Below, one piece after another: positions 1 to 12,051 of a stretch of DNA of 64,000 bases. The DNA comes from Mayamaea pseudoterrestris (taxonomy: Eukaryota): positions 1 to 64,000 of the forward strand of contig BROI01000025.1 of assembly GCA_027923505.1 (NCBI GenBank), written 5' to 3'. A model generated the notes under the pieces. The model made no database searches, had not been told where the DNA came from, and saw only the letters and a list, made by a program, of their open reading frames with translations. A program made the position numbers and the translations under genes. Position 1 is the first letter of the stretch. Each line of letters begins with the position of its first letter.

Positions 1-507
1 TGGGATGGCACACCAAGCTTTAAGTTCAGATTGAAAGTGATTACGGACTCATCATACGCGTCGGATCCAGACACAAGAAAGAGTCCAGGAGGCTACAGCA
101 CGTTTTCTAGAGGAGCAGCTATCGTTCAATGCTCAAAGATGCAAGACTTTGTCACGCTGATCACGGAGGCGGAGTTAGTGGAGATGACGAACGGAGCGCG
201 CGAGCTGTTAAGCCACAAGCGATTACTGGAGTCGATTGGATTACAAGTCGAGCTCCCAATGAAAGTTATAGGAGACAACAAGGGCGCGTTTGATCTAACG
301 AACAATTGGTCGACGGCCGACAAGACGCGTCATATTGACGTGCGATATTATTTCCTTCGAGAGTTGAAGGAGAAAAAGATTATAGACATTGAATGGATTG
401 GAACCGACGACAATTGCGCCGATATCTTTACAAAGAATCTGGGCGTGAAGGCGTTTAACAAGCACGCAAAGGTGTTCGTCGGCGACGATGAGTACTTTGA
501 AGATTAA
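1..507 (+). CDS. Copia pol C-terminus (RNase H), 5'-partial
   Basis: Frame is open from base 1 (WDGTPSFKF...) and carries the Copia RNase H motifs. Confidence 0.88.
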   Translation, partial: WDGTPSFKFRLKVITDSSYASDPDTRKSPGGYSTFSRGAAIVQCSKMQDFVTLITEAELVEMTNGARELLSHKRLLESIGLQVELPMKVIGDNKGAFDLTNNWSTADKTRHIDVRYYFLRELKEKKIIDIEWIGTDDNCADIFTKNLGVKAFNKHAKVFVGDDEYFED

Positions 508-528
508 GTACATCGGATCAGAGGAGAG

Positions 529-798
529 TGCTGAGAATCGGTGATTAAACAGGTGATCCTCAGTACTATGGCCTACATCCCAGGGCATTGGTAAAGATGC
601 GGGATCGACTGGCTGCGTTGCAATGAACAGGACAGTTAGCTATAGAGACTCGGAGACACTCTTGGAGAGGTCAAGATTCCAAGAGTTACGGCGGTCGCTT
701 AGGATAGAATAAGCTCACTCTTTTATAGCGGATCTTTTGCAAGCGAATAGGAGAGGTTTATATCGTAAATTACAAGTACATTTGGAGCAATCTCAGCA
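529..798 (+). repeat. 3' LTR, 270 bp
   Basis: Starts TG directly after the PPT; 8-bp perfect terminal inverted repeat TGCTGAGA (529-536) / TCTCAGCA (791-798). Confidence 0.8.
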
Positions 799-3700
799 TC
801 CAATGCCTCCGCAAATGATGAATTGCACAATGGAGAAGTTACTTTGGTGACGAAAAATGATGAGTCAATAGAGATTTTGGGCGGTACGTTAACAACAGCT
901 AGAGTTTCCACTGAAAATGAGCTAGCTGCTAGTACCGATACGAATGAGTTTAATTCACTCGCTCAGCCGGTAATAACTGAAACTGGCAAGGAAAATGAAA
1001 CAAAAGAGTCAAATGTTCAATCATATAGATCTCCTTCTATGATTAAACGGAATACTACGAATGAATTGACTAGTACAATGACGAAAAGATCCATATTCGA
1101 GGATGGCGATAAGGCGGACCATCGTAATCTTTTTGGGAGTCCAGTCAAAGAGATTACTATTCACCACAAGGACATGCGAAACAATAATATGTCCAAAAAG
1201 TTGCGCAAAGCCCCTAATGATTTGGACGAGGAGACGATGCGCATTGTCTTGGCCTACCTGAAGGACAACGGGCCAAAGAGCTTTCTGAATGACGAGGAGA
1301 TTACCGCGTTTATGGTTCGAATGAATCGTGCGGCCGATCGCCAGACTGAACATCATTTTAACCTTCTCGGCCAGTCGGATGAGAGTGACACGTCATTGTT
1401 TAATGATCTCTTGACCGAGGAGGAAGAGATTGCCATTGGCCAGTCCTACATGAAGGACATTGTCGCGAATCTCAAGAAAGAAACGGACTATGAGCTCGAT
1501 CCTCGTACGCTCGGTTGGATACGCCGGGCTGCTGGTCTGCATCGCAGCAAGCCTGAATCATATTTGCGAGAGGGTTTGAATGGAATCGGTAAGGGTGATC
1601 GGGCCATTAAAACTCGCCGGACGACCCAGCAACAAAAGAACCAGCGTCGCGACAAGGGGATTCACCTTTTGGTGGAAGCGTTAGATGACGTTGAAGACGA
1701 GATTGGAAAGTTTGAAAAGGTCAACGTTAACATTAAGCGCAAGCGAGAATTATCGGAATCCTCTAATCCCGATGAGGAGGTTGCTAAAAAGCCAAGGCCG
1801 GTGACGAGCAATGCTATGCATACTCCCGCTGCGAACAAAATACTGATTGCTAAAATTCCATTTCGAGAAACCCTACCCAATGGGCTCTCTTTTTTGAAAT
1901 CCAAAATAATTCGAATTGGGCGGCTTGTTGTTAATGGTTCAGTACATGATGGAACGATGGATATGGTAAGTCGTGCAACGTACTCGGTATATATTTGTAC
2001 TCGTACGCGAATGCCTTACTCACTAGCCATTCCTTCTCACAGGCAAATGGGTCGATGGGAGGTATAAGCTTGCGGGATGCTGGTAAACAAGCCTCAAAAG
2101 TGCCAATGAAACGAGTTACCGCTAAGGATTTATGCTTGAAACGGCATCTGAGAAGACGCACTCGCAATCTCTCCATTAGCGCAAGAGCTTTTGACGGGTC
2201 AGAAACAAAAGAGCTATACCACAGCATGGTCTTGGCCAAGATTCCTCCTGCGATAAAAGCTGCTGGTATTGAATTTCGTCTTCCTCGTTGGGAGACCATT
2301 AATAGGACGTACTCATCAGCTCTAAATCCGCCGCGGCAGCGTCACTCTGACACCACATATGCCTCGCTTTGTATGAGGCTGGTGCGCTCATTAAGAAAAG
2401 GACCCACTCGAGCTTTTGCGTCCCGTGAATTCTTTTACAGCGATATTGATCGAGAATGGTAGGTGCTTCATTTCTTTGCTTTGGTAGCCAGCGCTTTGAT
2501 CACTAATTGTTGTGATGGTTCCGAACAGGTTCAGTCGGAATGAGATACGGGAAGAGGTTGCTCGCCTAGGGTTGAGCCCGGACGTGAAGCTGACGACATC
2601 CGAGTGGAGAGTGATACGCCGACGAGTCAAAAAGAATATTCGACGTTTCAGTCGTCGCTTTGTTAAGTCCCAGCTGGAAGGGCTACGAAAATACAGGGCA
2701 AGAGTGAGACTTGTACAACACAACGCCATGAAGTTGGCCTTGGCGAGCGTTGATTTCGATATCCCAGCACCTATTCCATTCGGCACAACTGTCAGCGTAT
2801 ACAGCGCCAAGCATGATATCATTCTTCGAGGTACGGTATTGACGCATGAGACAAGAGCATTCTCCTATCTTGTTTTGTACGATAGGAAAGAGTTTGGAAG
2901 CGAAATTTGTGCAGATTACGACGTCGCCAGTCATGGAGGCCCGGCCAACCTTCTTTCGCGCAGTCGCCGGCTTGGTACACCCCCTATGTCCTTTTGTGGT
3001 AGCGTTAAAGGCACGATCAATGATGCACTTCGCTTGCCGCCGATCGAGCGACGAATTGAGATGCAAGAGTCGTTGGTCTTCGATCCATATCCAAGCCCTA
3101 CATCAGGAAAGAAGCCTAAGATGGACATTACAGGCCTAGATACTAAAGTGGAAGCTGTCCTTCGTGTAGCTGAAACCGAAGCTTTCGTTGGACTGCTTGC
3201 TGTCATTGATGCAGCGACTCGTCGGAAGGAGGCGCTCCTGGCTGCCCTGGAAGAAGCAAATGCTGTTGTTGCTAACAACGATAATGTTTCGGTGCAGTTC
3301 CAGTACTCCTGCGAGTGGCTCAAACTGAATCTACTTCAGACAGATCAAGTTTTAAATGCTGCCATGCCGAAATTGCGATTAATGTACGGCACACTGTACA
3401 TGCCAACTCCAATAGAGTAAGTCAACCTACGGCGTCGCGTCTGTATCTAACAATCTTCACAAACTTACCCTGATTCGTCTATTGCATAGAAGACGTGACC
3501 AAACGAGCCAAGATGAGCGATACTCTTTCGTCGAGAAAAGCTTTGATACAATCGCACAGTGTTGTCGTCCCGGGTCAAATCTGGGTAAGGATTGGAATAC
3601 AATTCTCCTCAGCGAAACGGCGAATGCTTCTAAAACAATGGCAACAACCGTCATTCAGCGCGCTCTGGCCGACAAAAGAGTAGCCTTACCCCCAGCTGAA

Positions 3701-4015
3701 GATTTACGGTCGACGGAATACCTTCTAGGACCAGTCGGAAGCGTCCTACTTGCCGCATCATATGGTCATCGTTTCGCGAGAACGAGCAAGGTCACTGACC
3801 CTGTTCCTCTCACATCCGCTCTTGAAACAGCTTCAAAAGCGCTCGTACTATCTCCCGATATTCCTGAGGTCGCCAATGCCGACGAGCTGTACGTGGACGT
3901 GCAAGCTGGTCGTGACTCCGCTGCCGACGATTTAAAGGAGGCGCTCACGTTACTGCAGACGGAAATTTTACTTGCAACGGCTCAAAAGAGTTTAGGACAA
4001 GCCGATCAAACGTGA
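799..4015 (+). CDS. LIN9: LIN9/ALWAYS EARLY (DREAM/MuvB subunit) with DIRP and Tudor-like domains; 4 exons; 5' end unresolved
   Basis: DIRP motifs EFFYSDIDREWF and LTTSEWRVIRR...RRFSRRF...LEGLRKYRARVR, followed by Tudor-like PIPFGTTV...GTVL...YLVLYDRKEFG. Frame-preserving GT-AG introns at ~1966-2042, 2459-2528 and 3417-3489. Confidence 0.85.
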
Positions 4016-4061
4016 ATATAGGCAAGCAAAAGGTCAATTATAGCTATGATCACGATACATT

Positions 4062-5075
4062 CTACTTGTTCCAGCTTTGCTCCAGTCGCTGCTGCACTTG
4101 CTCGTATACAATGAAGAAACAAACAACAGATGGCGCAATGTAGACGACTCTTGGAACAACACCTTCAAAGAAGCCAGGCAAGCCTCGTTGCCTGTAAATG
4201 TGCGCCGCGCACGACGCAACGCTGCCTCCATAGGCAGAACTATCCGTCATGAGTAGCGTCTTGATTCGATCGAGCGGCGCGGTAATTGCCGCAGAAAATG
4301 ACCCCGAAACAGCTCCGCACACGGCAGTCTCCAGCGGGGACAACTCCAAAGGCTTGCTGGGAGCTTCATTTCTTCTTCTATTTCGCCTTTGCTCCGTCAC
4401 ATGGTTTCTAGACTTGATGCGCAAATACAAATTTTTGGTAATTTCATAGGAACACAGCTGCGACACCCGAAAGGGCACGTCTCGCGCAATACCTCCAAAG
4501 TATCCCTGATACAGTCCAACGATACCCTTGTTTCGCAATATACTCGAAACTGCTTCACTTGTCGTCGAATACATGCCCGCCTGCATTTGCTGCTTGACCA
4601 CCTCCGACGGACACAGCCAGCCGCTGCCCGTCAAGTCACCCATGACTGCCGCCACGGCGTACATGAAGACTGGTTTCACGTTTGGAAACCGTTGGATCAA
4701 GGCGCGCTTGTACATTTCGTACGAGCCAAAGGTCAGAACGCCGTAGGGAACCTGTCCCAGCAGCGATCCGCCGACGCCATTGTAGAGACCAGTCAGTCGA
4801 AGTGCGTTTGGCTGCTCCATTTGAATGCGAGTCTTGATGGTATCCACGGGGAACATGAGAAAGATGGAGGAGCTTCGGGCGCACGCTGCCGCTATCAAGT
4901 GGCGCTTGGAATCCTGAATGGTGCGGACAAAGGTTTGGAGTGGGCCATCGTTTCGCAGCGCGGAAGCGGCAGATGCTGCACCTCCTCGAATGACGGACAA
5001 TGGACCATGAGATGATGATGCTGAAGCAACTAGCAAGCTAGTTAGTAGAAGACGCGCTAGTCGCTTTGACTTCAT
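4062..5075 (-). CDS. Mitochondrial carrier family protein (S-adenosylmethionine carrier-like) with N-terminal signal peptide; probably plastid/periplastid-targeted
   Basis: Three carrier signatures PVDTIKTRIQ, PSEVVKQQMQ and PLDRIKT; RDVPF motif typical of SAM carriers; hydrophobic signal peptide. Confidence 0.88.
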   Translation of the reverse strand: MKSKRLARLLLTSLLVASASSSHGPLSVIRGGAASAASALRNDGPLQTFVRTIQDSKRHLIAAACARSSSIFLMFPVDTIKTRIQMEQPNALRLTGLYNGVGGSLLGQVPYGVLTFGSYEMYKRALIQRFPNVKPVFMYAVAAVMGDLTGSGWLCPSEVVKQQMQAGMYSTTSEAVSSILRNKGIVGLYQGYFGGIARDVPFRVSQLCSYEITKNLYLRIKSRNHVTEQRRNRRRNEAPSKPLELSPLETAVCGAVSGSFSAAITAPLDRIKTLLMTDSSAYGGSVASCAAHIYRQRGLPGFFEGVVPRVVYIAPSVVCFFIVYEQVQQRLEQSWNK

Positions 5076-5162
5076 GTTTTGGATGCGTCGCGCAAAATGT
5101 GAGGTCGGCCATGGTGATTCCTTGCTTTGATGTGTTGAAACCGCTACGACAAAATGCAGCTG

Positions 5163-5180
5163 TTTTGTGACGTCACAAAA
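5163..5180. promoter_or_regulatory. 18-bp perfect palindrome TTTTGTGACGTCACAAAA (bZIP/CRE core) in a divergent promoter
   Basis: Read directly; lies between the starts of the carrier gene (5075, minus) and ALDH12 (5351, plus). Confidence 0.55.
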
Positions 5181-5350
5181 AGAAGCCGATCGTCACGTCT
5201 ACCATGGCGCGCGCCGCGACGAGACGCAAAAGGCCGTCCCTTCGTCACAATTTGCAAGCGATCTTGTTGCACTGCAATCGATTGTTTGGAACGGATCTAA
5301 TACCTACAATTGATCAAGCTATCAAATATACGCATATTGTTCATAAAAAC

Positions 5351-7160
5351 ATGTTGTCACTTCTCAAGCGACCATTGAGCAGCAGCGTCGCCTGTCGCGG
5401 CATCATTTATCATGCGCCCTTGACCGCACCGTTAGTACGAGCCATGTCCTCCCTTCCATCCTGGGCCACCGTCGACCCTGCAGACCTTGGTTCCACCAGT
5501 GATTCAGCATATTTGGTTCCAAACTTGGTGAATGGCGAGTGGAAGACGGATTGTAAAAAGATTATTGACATTATTCATCCGCTCGAGAAAAACAAGCCGC
5601 CCATTTTTCGAATCTGCGACGTGCAGGAAGATGAGATAAAGCCATTCGTCGAGTCGCTCCGCAAGGTTCCAAAGAGTGGATTGCACAATCCAATCAAGGA
5701 TTCTCATCGCTACGTGGAATATGGAGAAATTTCGAGGCGTGTAAGTGTGCAGATTGACATGTGCTTGCTCTGCAGATTGTGCGCTCAGTCACATCATGTT
5801 CAACATATTTGATCTAGCATAACACTCCCTCATTGACTTATCCTTCTTTAATTCAATCAATCTACAGGCCGGCGACGCGCTCTGCCAACCAAACGTTGCC
5901 GAATTCTTCACGCAGCTCATTCGCGCCTGCGTTCCAAAGTCACACGCCCAAGCCTTTGGCGAGGTCAAGGTAACGTCCGCCTTTCTGAACAACTTTGCCG
6001 GTGACAATGTGCGACGACTGGCAAAGTCCTTTGGCGTGCCGGGTGATCACTATGGACAGTTTAGCGTGGGACATCGCTGGCCGTATGGACCAGTGGCGAT
6101 TGTCACGCCGTTCAATTTTCCGCTCGAGATTCCAGTCTTGCAGCTCATGGGGGCCTTGTACATGGGCAACAAGCCAGTGCTAAAGCCGTCCGAGCAAGTT
6201 TCTATTGTCATGGAACAATTCATTCGATTATTGCATCACTGCGGAATGGAAACGACCGATGTCGACTTTTTGAACTGCCAAGGCTCCGTGGCGCAGCAAA
6301 TCATCATGCAAACGCCGGTGCGGCTGACTCAATTCACCGGATCGAGCAAAGTGGGCGAGCTACTTTCCAGGGCGACGCATGGCAAGGTGCGACTGGAGGA
6401 TGCTGGCTTCGACTGGAAGGTGATTGGACCAGATGTGGGCGACGTTGACTATGTTGCCTGGCAGTGCGACCAGGATGCGTACGCTTCGATTGGGCAAAAG
6501 TGCTCGGCGCAATCAATTTGTTTCATTCATGAAAATTGGAAAGATAGGGGGTTAATGGAAAAGATGAAGGCTAATGCATTGTCCCGCAAGCTGGAGGACT
6601 TTACTGTCGGACCAACCTTGACAGTGACGACCAAGGCATTTCTGGATCACACGAGTGCTTTGGGCAGTATTGCTGGCGCCGAAGTATTGTGGGGCGGAAA
6701 GGAATTGCACACTCACAATATACCTGAAAAGTATGGAGCGGTCGAGCCTACGGCCGTGTTTGTGCCACTCGAGGAATTGATGAAGCTAGAAAACTTTGAC
6801 AACTGCACGACGGAAATATTTGGTCCATTTCAGGTCATTACTTTCTACAACGATGACACGCTTGACACTGTTTTGGCTGCACTGGAAGGAATGTCTCATC
6901 ACTTGACCGCTGCTATTGTCTCAAACGATGTTGACTTTTGCTCCAAGGTCTTGTCGCACACCGTCAATGGCACAACATACGTTGGCCGTCGAGCTCGTAC
7001 GACTGGAGCGCCCCAGAATCATTGGTTTGGACCTGCCGGTGATCCTCGTGGAGCAGGCATTGGAACTCCGGAAGCTATTCAGCTTGTTTGGTCTTGCCAC
7101 CGCGAAATCATTTCCGACAACTTGGTAACAGCTGGCTGGGAGCAGCCAGCGGCAACCTAA
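5351..7160 (+). CDS. ALDH12: Mitochondrial delta-1-pyrroline-5-carboxylate dehydrogenase (ALDH12 family); 2 exons
   Basis: PKSGLHNP, RWPYGPVAIVTPFNFPLEIP, FTGSS, LEDAGFDWK, catalytic GQKCSAQS, TTGAPQNHWFGPAGDPRGAGIGTPEAI. Intron 5741-5867. Arg/Ser-rich mitochondrial-type presequence. Confidence 0.93.
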
Positions 7161-7500
7161 GATGGATATTTTGTCTTCCCTGTATTAAATTCGTGCGTTC
7201 ACTTTTCCATTTGTTGCGCTGTTTCGCTGCCAAAAATAGATTGTTTAGATAATACAGTCATAGCTAAAACACTAATTAACCGGTACGACATTTCTCGAGC
7301 CGTTGATTTTGTGACGGTCAACCATGACCACGACTGCCGACTGTACCGTTCACAATTTCGACATTGGCCATCCAAGTCGACAATCCTATCAATAACTAAT
7401 CATTGCAACCATATAAACGTTAATAGCAGCTTTCATATTTAGGCACTTCAGGACAGAACGAGCCAAAAAGCCTGGAAGTTTTCACAGAACACAATTCACC

Positions 7501-8310
7501 ATGCTTGCCGCCGATACGCTGGTGCTACAGTCTGCTTACAAACAAAAAGCCACGGCGCTCAAAGACAAGGAATTTCAACTTCATCATTCCAACAATCTAA
7601 CGGTCGGAACTCAAAGTGCCGTTCTGGCAGGCCTGGACATTACCTTGTTCATTGAGTTTAGTGCGCCGGACGATGCCGTGTGGCAGAGTAGTTTGTTCAT
7701 GATCAATGTCGGACGAGCGTTAAAGCTGGTGTACTATACGCTCATCGTTGCAGCCTTTTGTGCCAACATTAGTGTCGTGGCTCACACCACAAGTCTTAGT
7801 GTCTTGGGGGGATCGTTGGCGCTGCGAGGACCAGATGGAAGCATGATGACGGCGACGGATGTTTTGTATAATGAACGACCGACGGTATTCTACACATTTG
7901 GCATTGGACTTGCCTGTACCGTTCTTAGTGTCATGGTTTGCTTGTTCATTTTCTTGCCATGGGAAGTTGCCCTTGTGTGCTGGTGCGTGACGATAGTTTT
8001 TACGCGGCGCATGTACAAGAACCATCAACGAGTGTCTCGAGCACTTCAATTCGATGAAAGTCAAACGGTGGATTTCAAGGACATTTTTAAATTCTTTCCT
8101 CCTGCGCCACCGCCGGCACGTCGGGGAGCACCACATCGAGCATTGAGTGGACCGGCCAAGATGAATGCAAGTATTGACGATGAGGACGACGACAGCAACG
8201 ATACTTTTGAAACAGATGACCACTATTTGGAGTCGACACGAAGATTGACTGGGAATCGACTAAAGAGTGTCAAGCGACGTGGAGCACCCTATGCCATGGA
8301 GACAGTGTAA
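7501..8310 (+). CDS. Four-TM membrane protein, Orai-like channel candidate
   Basis: Four hydrophobic segments; TM1 SAVLAGLDITLFIE aligns without gaps to Orai TM1 SALLSGFAMVAMVE. Confidence 0.6.
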   Translation: MLAADTLVLQSAYKQKATALKDKEFQLHHSNNLTVGTQSAVLAGLDITLFIEFSAPDDAVWQSSLFMINVGRALKLVYYTLIVAAFCANISVVAHTTSLSVLGGSLALRGPDGSMMTATDVLYNERPTVFYTFGIGLACTVLSVMVCLFIFLPWEVALVCWCVTIVFTRRMYKNHQRVSRALQFDESQTVDFKDIFKFFPPAPPPARRGAPHRALSGPAKMNASIDDEDDDSNDTFETDDHYLESTRRLTGNRLKSVKRRGAPYAMETV

Positions 8311-8952
8311 GACTTATATTGAAAATTTTCGAGCGCGGCAAGCTGGAGGCCTGGCAATCCCCAGACAACAACTGTGTTTTGGGTATTACCAAACCCATCA
8401 TACACCTTAAACGCCTATTTTGATAGACATTATGCAGTATACAAGTCTACTATTCACTCATGGTAGCCAAATGAGAAGTAGTTTGTTTGGATTTTCGTGG
8501 ATTTCACTTCTTATGAAATGTCTGGCCTTTCTATCTGCTTAATAGTGTTATAAAGGTAGAGTAGCAGCCCGATATAGCCAAACCTGCCTTTTCTTAGTAT
8601 AATGTAGTTCAGAACACTTACTTGCTCACTGTCTTCAAGTATAATATATAGGTATGTATGGGCACGTGAGTAGCTGGACGCTGGAATTCAGGTAACAGAA
8701 TGTCGCAACGAGAACCAGAGCGACTTTAGGATACCTTTCGAATGGACGCCATGGCATCTGTCGACTCCAAACGAGGGCGCATACTCACACCATTATTGCT
8801 CCATTTAAATTCATCACTAGCTTTAAACAATTCAAAGCTACAAATTGATAGAAAGGAGACAGGAACGTATCGCTCAACCAATCAATAGTGACGAAGGAGT
8901 TGTATTTCTTCGAAACACGTCGCCGTCTCCTCGTCCTTCTTTCGAACTTATC

Positions 8953-11822
8953 ATGCCATTATTCTGGATAAAGACGCAAAATATACTACTACACGAAGTT
9001 CATGAGCGAAGTCATCAAAATATAAAACGAAGATGTGATATCAGTCGCAAGAATACTTGGAAGACAAGAAGGCTTTGCTACAGCTGTTCTCTCATTCTGA
9101 GCTTGTGCTGGATCAACTGTTTCGGCTGCACTACTGTGAATGCTGCAGCTGCTACATTCACGCGACACAACACCAATTTCATACAACCAGCAAAACGAAA
9201 TACTCCTTGGGGATTAAATACCAGCAGCAGCAGTGCCGTCATGGAGCTTCGAGGGGGTGGATGGCGGTTTCGAAATCGCATTGACACTGCAAATGCTACA
9301 ACGACTTCAATAATCAACGTGACAGTCGAGGAAACTGCAATCATCGAAAGTAACCAAAGTGTTAGTCCAATTGTTAGTAAAGCAAGCGACTCTTGGACGT
9401 CATCAGTATCTTCGCTGTTTCACTTTCACAATCAACTCAAGGCGCAAGCTTCCGTGGACGAAGCAGCCAGTGCCAGTGCTTCGCCCGTTCGCATACACGC
9501 CGCGCAAGCATCGAACCGCGGCGGCGCCATGGTGGCAATATCCAAGCCAAAGACAACGTCAATGTGGCGAAGAGCGATTCCAACGTGGTTGGCACCAGTC
9601 GAGTCAAGCTTGGTGTCGTCGTACACAGCGCAGTGGGTCGCCATGGATGAGGCAGCAGCCACGGCTAGTCTCGAGGAGGAAGACGACGAGGAAGAAGAAG
9701 ATGCATCTGGTGATGCAGATGACGATGAGTCGAGTACTGATGTGTTTAAAATACAAGAGCCGATAAAGCAGACACTGGACAAGTTGTCAAGAGATGGCAC
9801 TAGGCGGAATCGTGCTGCGAAGGAGCCGCATAAAAAGGTCGAAGCAAGGATTGCACAGCAGCGTAGTCCAAACAAACATGTACCCCAAACGAAAACTACG
9901 AAAATTAATAAAGAACTACTTGAAAAAGAAAAGGCGGAGGAAGATGATGATGAATTGGAAGATGATGACGACGAAGATGATGACAAAGAAGAGGACGAAG
10001 CGGATATGGATGATATTGCTGTAGATGAAACAGTCGCCCAAAGTCTGGTTCCTTTCGTCTCGGGTAATGTTTCGGCTTCGCTCAACGCTTCCAGTTTCAC
10101 GCCGTCAAGCAGCGTCGACAGCACGGATGACGCGACCTTTGTCTCGTCAGGCTATGTAAGTACAGCTCTTGCTCTCCGAATACTTTGCATTTCTTCATCT
10201 TTGACTAAATTTTTGGCCTGCTTACGCAGTGGGACGGCATTGACCGCGCATTCACCTTTGGCTTCGCCGAAACCCACCCAGCACTGCGCATATCACGGAA
10301 GCTACGAAGAATACGAAAAATGTCGGCGCAAATTACAGGAATGCACGGATTCTTGAGCGGTAAGCCGACAGCATATAAAAATAGCTCAGTAATTGGCGAT
10401 GACGATCCACACATGGGAGCGATTCGGCGTAGAATTGCAGCAATATCAAGGGCTCGAGAAAATCTTGCCAGATTTGCGGGTGTAGAAGTCCACGAGGATA
10501 TTAAAGGCAAGCGAGCAGCCAAAGAAAAGTCGTTTGAATTTGTCATTCAGCAAAGTGCCGAGGAAGAAAGCTTGGAGAGGCTGCGCCGGAAGAGGGTTCG
10601 AGAGATTGATGACCTAATTGCAAAAAGCCAGAGACTACTTCAAGATTTAGCGTGCGAGAAAGATGTGCTGCAAAGGAGGCCTAATCCACTGTGGAACTAT
10701 ACTGCAGAGGAACATGACATTAAACACTCGCTTACCATGAACGAGACTGAGGAATCGGTAGATGCAGTTGAATTCACGTTAGCCACGTCGCGTGATTTTA
10801 GTTTTCCGCCACCTGATTTAGTCGATGAATATCTGGACATGCTTTTCGCCAGTGGTCGGATTGTAAAGCTCAATCACACAGATCTTTGGCATAATTCAGA
10901 TTCATACTTTGACGATGATGAGGATGATGATGAACTTTCATCACCAATAAACAACGATTTTGCCCGGCAGCGGACGCCAGCACCAAGCGGCGGTTCTGGA
11001 AGCTGGCTGCTGCGCAATGGTCTTGGTGAAAAGATCGGTGAAGCGGCTGAAACAGCAGGCTACAAGGCAGTTTGTCAATCTGTCATGTCAGTGCTTGCGA
11101 GAGGGTTGGCAGCTTTGCACGGCGTCAATATAATGAAGTATTCCGACATTGCCCTTTCCATGGAGTCAGTCCCAGATTTGCCACCACTAGCGGCTGGGAT
11201 CATACCATCCAGCGGCAAGTCGGCCAACTATGCTCAGGGTGCGATTGAGCGGGCTATGAAGCGAGGAGCGCGGAAGCGACGATCTTCGCGTCGCAATAAT
11301 GACTTTATTCAACGAGATGCGGTGGTTGAGACGCTGTTATCTCACTGCCAGATCTCTGCTCCACTGCTGACGTTATTCCCAATTGCTTGGCAACGAGCAT
11401 TGCTCGGTAACATTATCACCTTGGTTGCCGCGGTGATTACAGATTTCTTTGAAGGAGTGGAACTACAAATACTTGGACATCGCCTTTCATTCTCCTTCAA
11501 ACCAATCAGCGAAAGCGACATGCTCCGCAACCTCGGCTCTGCTGGCCGCGACAGTTGGAATCGCCGGAGTAGTGCAAGTCAAGAACAATTTGAAGCAGCA
11601 GTGCAAGCGACCGCCACTGAGCTGTCTGAAAATCTCAAGTTTTTGGATCGATGGCATGAACGAGCACTTGGTAGCGGTTTGCTGCGACAACAAATTGCCA
11701 ATCTCATTGCTCGAGTCGTCTTGACGCTCGCTGATGATGTTTTGGGTAGCGCGAGGATGGATCTGTGGACTGCGCAGGCTGGTGGTCCGCGTTTGATAGC
11801 AGGTCTGGAGTATCGGCAATGA
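8953..11822 (+). CDS. Hypothetical protein (signal-like segment, LRGG motif, acidic linker, globular C-terminal half); 2 exons; start uncertain
   Basis: ORFs 8845-10356 and 10320-11822 join in frame across GT-AG intron 10156-10229. Confidence 0.7.
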
Positions 11823-12051
11823 TGCGTGCTGTCGTTTACAAAGTTACAATTCTGATGATGAGGAGATTGTGTGCAGATCCGAAGATTATGCTCCGCCCGG
11901 AACCAGGATAGAACCCATTGGTAAACGGACCAACACAACTCACGCTGCGCTGCAAGCACCTGCAGTGATTTCGACGCGCATCTGACTGCTTGATAGAAAT
12001 CATTACCGCGATTTACGAAATGTGGCGACGTGTGTTATAGTCTGTTATACG

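Larger units (their letters stand above)
1..798 (+). mobile_element. 3' end of a Ty1/Copia LTR retrotransposon (RNase H, PPT, 3' LTR); the rest lies upstream of the window
   Basis: Copia RNase H motifs (DSSYA..D.RKS..G, TEAEL, DNKGA, TRHIDVRYYFLRE, N.ADIFTK) end at TAA 507. Polypurine tract AGAGGAGAG at 520-528. LTR bounded by TGCTGAGA...TCTCAGCA. Confidence 0.9.
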
